NCBI GenBank assembly: GCA_041665345.1
Contig: JBAYJA010000001.1
Coordinates: 265,206 to 329,205, forward strand
Reading direction: 5' to 3'
DNA: 64,000 nt
Source: Patescibacteria group bacterium
GTDB taxonomy: Bacteria > Patescibacteriota > Patescibacteriia > PEXW01
The translations under genes were made by a program, and so were the position numbers. Below the pieces are notes generated by a model. It ran no database searches. It was not told the origin of the DNA and saw nothing but the letters and a program-made list of their open reading frames with translations. Positions 56,951 through 64,000 of this stretch are shown one piece after another. Numbering within the stretch: position 1 is the stretch's first letter; the number at the start of each line of letters is the position of its first letter.

Positions 56951-57421
56951 ATGTCAACGCGTGTGTACTTTAAAACCAATGAGCTGCCGAAAGGTTTGAC
57001 CTTTCAAAATGATCCAGCACTCTTCTGTTTCCTACTCAATGGGGAAAAAATTGGCTCCTATCTTTCTCTTGAGGGAGGAGGATATTACTGGGAGTTCACA
57101 AATTCGAATTCCCAAAATCCAAATCTCATCCCCGAGCTCTTGCAGAAAATGGTCTCGCACGTCACAATAGTCGACCACATAAGTGATGAAGCGCACCTGG
57201 TGATTTTGGATCCAGGTGAGCATTCCTTTGAAGGGAGTACAGCGTCCGTCCGAAGGAGTTTCGTCATTCCGACTCGCGGAGAACGTTACGATCATATTGA
57301 GATACGCGTCGAAGCGAAGACGCTTGATCAGGCTATCATGCTGTTTCGGGAAATCCTTGCAGGAAGAAAGGCCGAAAAACCTTTCTACAAGCGTCTGCCG
57401 TGGTGGAGACGGCTCGTCTAA
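56951..57421 (+). CDS. hypothetical protein (low GC)
   Basis: ORF with about 42% GC. Confidence 0.4.
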   Translation: MSTRVYFKTNELPKGLTFQNDPALFCFLLNGEKIGSYLSLEGGGYYWEFTNSNSQNPNLIPELLQKMVSHVTIVDHISDEAHLVILDPGEHSFEGSTASVRRSFVIPTRGERYDHIEIRVEAKTLDQAIMLFREILAGRKAEKPFYKRLPWWRRLV

Positions 57422-57534
57422 AAAAACCAATCGCAACTTCCAAGCCGGGGAAATCCTTCCTCGGCTTTTTGATGATTGACAAAGAAAGGATGTTTGCCTA
57501 TGGTACAGAAAAACCTACAACGAAAGGATAAACA

Positions 57535-58080
57535 ATGCTTCTTTTACCCAAAGTGCGGTTGAGTCTCATACCGTCGCCACTCATTTTTCTTGTTGGTCCC
57601 ATTGCTTGCGCTCCACCCTGGCATGCTGAGGCAATACATATCCTCCACGAGCTGGCACCGGACGTACACGTGGCTTGCCCAAATCTTCACCCACACGGCA
57701 TTGCAGATAAAGTCGAAGTGGTCCGTCGAGGGGATGGTCCAGATTTCGAAAGCCGGCGAGCGTGGGAGTGGTACTACCTTGAGCACGCAGCGAAACATGG
57801 AGTGATCATGGCCTGGTTACCAACTCCACAGAAGCATGATTGCAACATTGTCTACGGCGCAACCACGAGATTAGAGCTGGGGCAGTGGATGACACGGGCA
57901 TTAATGGATCCAAGTATCAACCTGTGCGTGGGTTCAGACGGCGGCTTCCCGGTTATCAGTGTCATTGCACGTGACTTACTGCAGCACTTGCCGAACAGTA
58001 TTTTGCAGCCAACCTTGCGCGATACATGTGAGCAGGCGGTACGCATGTTAAACATGCAGCGATTCTCGATTGGTACGTAG
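57535..58080 (+). CDS. nucleoside 2-deoxyribosyltransferase-like (NDT/DRTase-fold) protein
   Basis: LIFLVGPIACAPPWH...ILHELAPDVHVACP matches the (I/L)YLAGP...W...L....EV..P block. CNIVYGATTRLELGQWMTRA matches the catalytic-Glu block (..GT..ELGYA). Confidence 0.45.
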   Translation: MLLLPKVRLSLIPSPLIFLVGPIACAPPWHAEAIHILHELAPDVHVACPNLHPHGIADKVEVVRRGDGPDFESRRAWEWYYLEHAAKHGVIMAWLPTPQKHDCNIVYGATTRLELGQWMTRALMDPSINLCVGSDGGFPVISVIARDLLQHLPNSILQPTLRDTCEQAVRMLNMQRFSIGT

Positions 58081-58123
58081 AAGAACATTTCAATAGTATA
58101 GGCATAAAATCTTAGGAGGTAGT

Positions 58124-58342
58124 GTGGAAAAAGCACAAGACTTTTGTCGGTGCAAGCGCGCGTTGACATCATTTGGTTTCTGCATGGGGTGCGGGAAGAA
58201 AGAGCCGCTCTGCTCTTGCGAGATTCTTTCCGATGCAGATCAGCAGATGCGTGCGCAGTGTGAAGCTTTGTTCGCTTCAGAGCATGTACGCGTCCGTGAT
58301 CAGAAGGGATATTTTGGTGATCGGCGCGTCCGCGCATCATGA
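58124..58342 (+). CDS. small Cys-rich protein
   Basis: CRCKRAL...FCMGCGKKEPLCSCE...QCEALF gives eight Cys in zinc-ribbon spacing. Confidence 0.35.
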   Translation: MEKAQDFCRCKRALTSFGFCMGCGKKEPLCSCEILSDADQQMRAQCEALFASEHVRVRDQKGYFGDRRVRAS

Positions 58343-58751
58343 AGTCATTTGCACTTTCAAGCCCGTTGGGATTCCAGTGGGCTTTTTGTTGCTTTGTCTG
58401 TCCATTTTGCTATACTTTTTTTGAAAATAGAGCATCCCTACTTTTTGGTAAAGGAGAGAGATTGTGGAAAAGAGAAAAATGTTCTTAGTCATTGCCTGCT
58501 TGTTCATTGCAGCTGGAACCGCGGGTAAGGCGCTTACCGATAACTCCATCTATATGGTTGGAGTCGGAATCGGTATGGCCATCCTTATTGGCTATTTCAG
58601 ACCAAGATCCATTTGAGGGTAACGACTGCAGCCCTCTGCAAACAGCATGCGCTCTGCTCAACAGGGCGCTTTTTTATACATTCACACCCCCTTCACCACA
58701 TTTTGGTAGAGTCAGGAAGTCGCGACATTCGTTCTTAACCATACACAATCT

Positions 58752-59204
58752 ATGCGAAAGAAGTACGTTGCAGCCGTGCTGTTCACTGCCCTGGGGCTCT
58801 CCATTGCCGGGGTGAGTGCGGCATCAGCGCATGGTTGGGGGTTTGGCCTGGGTGCCAACGCCACACCAGAAGAGGTTGCAGCTCAGCAAACAGAAATGTT
58901 CCAGCACCAAGCTGACATCCTGGGCATAGCCGTGGATAAAGTGAAAGACGGTTGGGCACAGGGGAAGACGCTCTCTGAACTCGCTGATGAAAACAATGTG
59001 AGTGAGGAGCAGTTGCAGACGCGTTTGCAGGAGCAACGCGCAGCACAGCAGAAAGAACGCTTGCAAACTTTAGTCGAACAAAAGGTCATTACGCAGGCGC
59101 AGGCTGATGCGCGGCTGAAGGTCATGGAGGAGAAGTTCAAAAATGCTCCAGCCAAAGGCATGCGGCACGGTATGCGCGGCATGCACGGAGAACTGGGGAT
59201 GTAG
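58752..59204 (+). CDS. secreted helical protein
   Basis: A signal peptide ...IAGVSAASAHG is followed by a charged helical domain. Confidence 0.45.
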   Translation: MRKKYVAAVLFTALGLSIAGVSAASAHGWGFGLGANATPEEVAAQQTEMFQHQADILGIAVDKVKDGWAQGKTLSELADENNVSEEQLQTRLQEQRAAQQKERLQTLVEQKVITQAQADARLKVMEEKFKNAPAKGMRHGMRGMHGELGM

Positions 59205-59332
59205 GAGTTTGCGGGTGAGGCAAGCGAGCGCTCAGGCATGGGCGCTCGTTTTTGCATATATCCTTGACTAAACCTCAAATAGCAAGTAGGCTCTACTGAA
59301 AATCAAACAACGTCTTTTTCCAAGGAGGATAT

Positions 59333-60187
59333 GTGGAAAGTACGGCAGCGTACTATGACAGCCTGGGCAATGATGCATTGCCGGGCACTGGCTTTGTGGG
59401 CGTTTTTGCAGGCGATCAGCTGCACCCACCCATGGTGGATTCAGAACGTTTGCAAAACCCAATGTTTTGGAAGGAAGGAGTCAAGGCGTCGACTCGCTTA
59501 CTTGCCAACAAGATGTCCCTAGAGCAATCAAGTCTGGTTCTGGATGTGGGTTGCGGTGTTGGTGGTGTGTCTTTGCAGCTCGCCGAAGAGTACCAGTGTT
59601 CCTGCGTGGGAGTGAATACATGCGCAAAGCAGATTGCAACGGCGCAGCAAATTCATGCGGATCGAGGTATTCTTCGTAATTTTTTTGTGCAAGCTGATGC
59701 GTTGGCAATGCCATTTGCAGCTGCACAATTTTCCCAGGTCATGTGCATGAACATGGCGTATCTCGTTCCTGATCATTTTGCCCTCTTTCGGGAGATGGCT
59801 CGGTGCTTGGCTCGCGGTGGGTTCCTGGGATTTGATGATTGGTGCATTACCGATCAAACGACTGAGGATGAGATTGCAGAGCTCCGTACACATTGGTCAT
59901 GCCCAAATGGCTTTCACACCATGGAAGAATACCTGCAAGCCGCGCAGGCAGCTGGGCTACAGGTGCAATGGTCACGTGACTGCCAGAGTATCGGTCAAGA
60001 GCTCTACACTAGTCCCCAGCGCTTCCAGCAGTTTCGGACACTCTACCGCCCCATGGCCATTACGATGTACGGCCAGGAGCGAGGGACACAGGTGATCGAA
60101 GACTTCATTGGCTCATGGACTCGGCTTGGGAAACTCTTTCAAAATAGACATTTTGGTTACTACCAAGTGGTTTTCAAAAAAATGTAA
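59333..60187 (+). CDS. class I SAM-dependent methyltransferase (GTG start)
   Basis: LDVGCGVGGVSLQLAEEY is motif I, followed by the post-I acidic and motif II-like regions. Confidence 0.75.
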   Translation: MESTAAYYDSLGNDALPGTGFVGVFAGDQLHPPMVDSERLQNPMFWKEGVKASTRLLANKMSLEQSSLVLDVGCGVGGVSLQLAEEYQCSCVGVNTCAKQIATAQQIHADRGILRNFFVQADALAMPFAAAQFSQVMCMNMAYLVPDHFALFREMARCLARGGFLGFDDWCITDQTTEDEIAELRTHWSCPNGFHTMEEYLQAAQAAGLQVQWSRDCQSIGQELYTSPQRFQQFRTLYRPMAITMYGQERGTQVIEDFIGSWTRLGKLFQNRHFGYYQVVFKKM

Positions 60188-60235
60188 ACCCTTCAGGCCC
60201 GTTGCAAATACAGCGGGCTTTTTTTTATCCGTAAG

Positions 60236-60427
60236 GTGTATACTCCAGCCATGGGGCCCAAATTTCTTATCTACCTTTTTCTCAGTGTTAGTTCATTCCT
60301 TGGTGGTTGGATACCAACCTTGTGGGGCGCCAGCGCCTTTGGGATGGTATCAACCCTGGGTGGCCTGATTGGTGGAGGCCTGGGTATCTGGGCAGGGTTC
60401 AAACTTGGCCAGACAATTGGCGGATAA
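60236..60427 (+). CDS. small glycine-zipper membrane protein (GlsB/YeaQ/YmgE-like)
   Basis: The hairpin is two Gly-rich helices with GxxxG repeats. Confidence 0.45.
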   Translation: MYTPAMGPKFLIYLFLSVSSFLGGWIPTLWGASAFGMVSTLGGLIGGGLGIWAGFKLGQTIGG

Positions 60428-60451
60428 TTTTTTTCCTAACACCACACGCGT

Positions 60452-60850
60452 ATGCATGGGTACCACCAGAATATTGAAGAGCTGACAGTAGCGAATACCA
60501 ATTTTCGCAAAGTCCTATACACTGCCAAGCACACGCAGCTGGTTTTGATGTGCCTGCAACCAGGTGAAGCAATTGGGATGGAAGTGCATGCAGAGAATGA
60601 CCAGTTCTTCCGTTTTGAAGCAGGGCAGGGGAGAGTGACCGTTGATGGAAATGTCCATGAGGTCAAAGATGGTTCGGCAGTCATTGTTCCAGCCGGGGCA
60701 CAGCACAATGTAGAAAATACCTCAGCCATGGAACCGCTGAAACTCTACACACTGTACAGCCCGTCACATCATAAGGATGGGATTGTCCGAGCGACGAAAG
60801 CAGATGCTGAGGCCAATGATGCAGAGTTTGACGGGAAGACAACGGAGTAG
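60452..60850 (+). CDS. cupin domain protein
   Basis: GMEVHAENDQFFRFEAGQG...AVIVPAGAQHNVENTS are the two cupin motifs. Confidence 0.7.
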   Translation: MHGYHQNIEELTVANTNFRKVLYTAKHTQLVLMCLQPGEAIGMEVHAENDQFFRFEAGQGRVTVDGNVHEVKDGSAVIVPAGAQHNVENTSAMEPLKLYTLYSPSHHKDGIVRATKADAEANDAEFDGKTTE

Positions 60851-60870
60851 AGCGTTATAAAAAAGTAAAA

Positions 60871-60899
60871 TCCCCACATAGTTTTTTGCCATGTGGGGG
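60871..60899. terminator. bidirectional intrinsic terminator between convergent genes
   Basis: aaaaatccccacatagttttttgccatgtggggg: the hairpin ccccacat/atgtgggg is flanked by A and T runs. Confidence 0.55.
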
Positions 60900-60904
60900 A
60901 GGTG

Positions 60905-61126
60905 TTATGCCCATTGGATGAGTGTGCCTGCGGTGTAGCCGAAAATTACCGGGATGCTGGCGCGCAGGAAAAGCTCTTTTTTGCCATGCAGAATGTCTGC
61001 AGCCATGGCAGTACAAGCAAGGAAGAGCGCAGCTTCGCCAGCGGTATGCACCTCCCATTGCCACGGACATCGGTAACTGATAAACCCACCAGCGCAGACC
61101 AAGAGGATACTAGTGTGCCATTTCAT
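60905..61126 (-). CDS. small membrane protein
   Basis: Two TM helices. It is convergent with the cupin gene. Confidence 0.35.
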   Translation of the reverse strand: MKWHTSILLVCAGGFISYRCPWQWEVHTAGEAALFLACTAMAADILHGKKELFLRASIPVIFGYTAGTLIQWA

Positions 61127-61260
61127 TCGTTCATTTCCTTAGGTTGTCTTTTGGTATTGCGGCCAGCATACGTTGGAGGCTGCTTGACGTCAAGCAGACG
61201 AACTACTCCCAATCCAGAGTGAGTTAGTGTATACTACGATTACCGTAACCAAACAAGCCT

Positions 61261-62103
61261 ATGCGTCGGATTACATTCAGCATATTCGTTCTGGGATTAG
61301 CTACCTTCCTGCTCGTCGCATGCGAAAAAACTGTTACCCCAGGCTCGAATTTCAATGCGACTCAGGCAATCAATGCAGTGGTGCAGCAGAACGTGAATCA
61401 GATGCTAGCAAATGTAAATACAGGGATAGCGGCTGGTATAGTTTGGCAGAAGACTGGCGCAGGTTGGACGGTGTTGGGAAATCCTCCAAGCTGTCCTGAT
61501 CCTTTGCAGCTCCAATCTCCGGTGGATGTTGCAAAAGCCACAGCGATTTTGTACCCAGGGCAAACGCGCGGCGGCAATTACAAGCCGCATGGTGGTTTTC
61601 GATTTAGTAGTGCCACAAATACCGTACCTGTTCGTGCTCCTCTGGACGCGCAACTGGTAGAAGGGTCTCGGTACATTGAGCAAGGTGAAACGCAGTACCT
61701 GCTCGTTTTCCAAAATCCTTGCGGTCTGCGTTACCGGTTCGACCACCTGCTCACCCTGGCACCAGCCTTCGCCACCGTGGTTGCAACATTACCCGCAGCA
61801 CAAGTTGATCAGTCACAAACCACAGCATTTGCAAACCCAGTGCAGGTAAGCGCAGGCGACGTCATTGCTAGTGCCGTAGGTTTTGCTAAGACCAAGAATG
61901 TCTCCGTTGACTTTGGGGTGTACGACCTCCGGCAAAAAAACGCGGCATCAAAAAATGCCACCTGGGCTGCTAGCCACGATGTTGAGCAAGCGCAGTACGC
62001 CCTTTGCTGGTTGGACTTGTTACCAGCCGCTGAAGTGACAACCATGAAAGCCTTGCCTGGCGCTGACCAAACCGCAGGCAAGACCAGTGATTACTGCACG
62101 TAG
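61261..62103 (+). CDS. lipoprotein, function unknown
   Basis: Lipobox FLLVAC after MRRITFSIFVLGLAT. Confidence 0.55.
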   Translation: MRRITFSIFVLGLATFLLVACEKTVTPGSNFNATQAINAVVQQNVNQMLANVNTGIAAGIVWQKTGAGWTVLGNPPSCPDPLQLQSPVDVAKATAILYPGQTRGGNYKPHGGFRFSSATNTVPVRAPLDAQLVEGSRYIEQGETQYLLVFQNPCGLRYRFDHLLTLAPAFATVVATLPAAQVDQSQTTAFANPVQVSAGDVIASAVGFAKTKNVSVDFGVYDLRQKNAASKNATWAASHDVEQAQYALCWLDLLPAAEVTTMKALPGADQTAGKTSDYCT

Positions 62104-62181
62104 GATGAGGAACAAACTCTCCGTCTTCAAGGAGGAGTTTGTCCAGTAGGGAGAGCCGTGGTATAACCTTACTTTCTGGGT

Positions 62182-63225
62182 ATGCCAAGAAAAACCCTCA
62201 CCATTGGCGGAATCGGCATTACCTGCCTGGCGCTGGCTAGCGTGGGTTTTTTCCTACGCCATCCGCAACCAGAATTGCGACCGACACAAACGAACACATC
62301 GGCACCTCCTGATGGCAAAGTGGAGGCAGAGACCGTGGCTATTTCACCCACAGAAGCACCACACCCTGTGTCACTACCCGCACTCATGGCCACCATTTTT
62401 GATGGGCGCGGTTTGAAGCTCGGGCAAGTTTTGGAGAGTAACAGTGCCTACACCCGGCACTTCATAACCTACAAGAGCGGGGAGCTGACCATTTCCGGCA
62501 TATTGAACATCCCTAAGGGCGCTGGTCCTTTTCCGGTACTCATCTTGAATCACGGTCACATTGATACCAATGTGTATACCAATGGTCGCGGTCTTAAGCG
62601 TGAGCAAGACTACTTGGCGCGCCAAGGATTTGCCGTGCTGCACCCTGACTACCGGAACCACGCGCAATCATCAAAAGATACCCGAGATGCACTCGCAGTT
62701 CGGCTTGGGTATGTGGAAGACGTGATCAACGCAGTCTACGCACTCCGGGCTGCCGGAATCTCGGGGTTGGATCTGGAACACATCGGGATGCTGGGTCATT
62801 CTATGGGTGGGGGAGTAACCCTCTCTGCACTGGTCACCGTGCCGGAGTTGATTGACGCCGCAGTGCTCTACGCGCCGGTATCTGGGGATATGCGGAAGAG
62901 CTACGAACGGTGGATTGCCCGGGAGTCGAATAATGCAGTGCTGCTTGGGGAGTTGTACGGCACGCCGGAAGCGAATCCAATTTTTTGGGATAATCTCTCG
63001 GCCGAAAGTTTCTACGAAAAGGTACAAGCACCGGTACGGATATTCCATGGCACAGGGGATGAGAGTGTGCCCATTGCTTGGTCTCAAGAAACCCAGCGCT
63101 TGCTCAAAGCTGCCGGCAAAGAAGTGTCACTCATAACCTACCCAGGTGCGCCCCATGAATTCACCAGCACCTGGTCAGATTTCATGCGGCAAACGGCAGC
63201 GTTTTTCAAAGCATCGTTTCAGTAA
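62182..63225 (+). CDS. alpha/beta hydrolase (S9/dienelactone-hydrolase-like) with an N-terminal TM or signal anchor
   Basis: GHSMGG is the nucleophile elbow. Asp and a C-terminal His (GAPHEF) follow. Confidence 0.7.
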   Translation: MPRKTLTIGGIGITCLALASVGFFLRHPQPELRPTQTNTSAPPDGKVEAETVAISPTEAPHPVSLPALMATIFDGRGLKLGQVLESNSAYTRHFITYKSGELTISGILNIPKGAGPFPVLILNHGHIDTNVYTNGRGLKREQDYLARQGFAVLHPDYRNHAQSSKDTRDALAVRLGYVEDVINAVYALRAAGISGLDLEHIGMLGHSMGGGVTLSALVTVPELIDAAVLYAPVSGDMRKSYERWIARESNNAVLLGELYGTPEANPIFWDNLSAESFYEKVQAPVRIFHGTGDESVPIAWSQETQRLLKAAGKEVSLITYPGAPHEFTSTWSDFMRQTAAFFKASFQ

Positions 63226-63252
63226 CCTTTGGTACGGGTGTAGAATGGAAGT

Positions 63253-63552
63253 ATGTTCCTCTCCGCCCCAGCCAACCCCACAAAAACGAAGCACGTTATC
63301 TATCTCCTGGCCGCTCTTAGTTTAGGGGTAGTGCTGAGTTTTCTTGTCCACGCGGGAATTGAAACAGCGTATTTGTCCTGGGCAGGATCGGCTGGCAAAA
63401 CAGTTACTTGGTATGGTGGCTGTGCCTTGCATCCAGTCATTCAAGTTGGATTAGTCATAGTTGGAGCAGTTAGCGGTTTTTTCCTGGGCCGGTTTTGGTG
63501 GCGGCTGGTGTACATTGAACGCCGATGGGCGAAAGGAAAAATAACTCATTAA
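63253..63552 (+). CDS. small membrane protein
   Basis: Three hydrophobic helices. Confidence 0.4.
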   Translation: MFLSAPANPTKTKHVIYLLAALSLGVVLSFLVHAGIETAYLSWAGSAGKTVTWYGGCALHPVIQVGLVIVGAVSGFFLGRFWWRLVYIERRWAKGKITH

Positions 63553-63557
63553 GGTCT

Positions 63558-64000
63558 ATGCCTGAACACATTTCTCAAGAACCGATAGATCAAAATGAAG
63601 AGCAACGTGAATTGCAACGCCAGTACGAAGAACGAATGATCCGAGTTCGAATAAATATTGAGCAATTGTACGATAAAGCTTTGGCGGAAGGAAAAAATCC
63701 GGTTGATGCATTGTTGGATGAAGACTTCTCCGAAGGTCGGCAGATTTTTGGTGCAGATGTCGTGGATGGTTTTGTTACCACAGCCAGAGAGCTTGAAGTT
63801 TTATCACGGGAAGAGTTTATCGAACAAACTACAGAACGCATTGGGAACATTGTGCAATTAGTGTATTTTGATCAAGAAGTGCGGGCGCGTTCTGCGGCGT
63901 TGCAGGCCGAGCGGGCTAGCCAGCATAAGGAGCAAATTTCCTTCGGCCATCTGAATGCCAGTATCCGTGATTTTGAATGGAGCGACCTGTCACTTGGGGG
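63558..64000 (+). CDS. hypothetical protein, 5' partial (runs off the window end)
   Basis: ATG at 63558 with aagg upstream. There is no stop through 64000. The sequence is a charged helical protein MPEHISQEPIDQNEEQRELQRQYEERM... Confidence 0.45.
   Translation, partial: MPEHISQEPIDQNEEQRELQRQYEERMIRVRINIEQLYDKALAEGKNPVDALLDEDFSEGRQIFGADVVDGFVTTARELEVLSREEFIEQTTERIGNIVQLVYFDQEVRARSAALQAERASQHKEQISFGHLNASIRDFEWSDLSLG

Overview
This is a roughly 56% GC bacterial chromosomal segment. Its gene content resembles a small-genome, CPR/Patescibacteria-like organism, judged from gene content alone: short housekeeping genes, weak Shine-Dalgarno sites, many small membrane/secreted ORFans and repeat-rich intergenic DNA. 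Supported genes: rplT/rpmI/infC (minus strand), a tmRNA reconstructed by hand next to smpB, tRNA-Asp(GTC), ArgRS, a type-2 IleRS, GlyRS, MetRS, RecO, a ClpC/ClpB-like AAA+ protein, TatD, RmuC, an ABC transporter pair, an M16 peptidase, an AI-2E permease, CvpA, RsmI, a complete F1Fo ATP synthase operon (atpI-like, B, E, F, H, A, G, D, C) and a two-subunit [NiFe] hydrogenase with a maturation-protease-like gene. Hunt highlights, best first: (1) a low-GC gene encoding a nucleoside 2-deoxyribosyltransferase-like domain fused to a trans-isoprenyl-diphosphate-synthase-like domain whose second Asp-rich motif is degenerate; (2) an intact histidine-phosphatase (RHG) domain inserted cleanly into the zinc-knuckle region of IleRS; (3) two small promoter-ORF-terminator cassettes with conserved ends and unrelated small ORFs, inserted antisense inside the ATP synthase operon upstream of atpA and atpD; (4) several intergenic repeat families, one REP-like, together with a truncated IS200/RayT-like transposase; (5) two tandem, atypically long tRNA-like elements beside a low-GC ORFan patch; (6) a membrane-anchored Clp ATPase with a natural Asp-Asn Walker B in D1. 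No CRISPR array or rRNA gene was seen.
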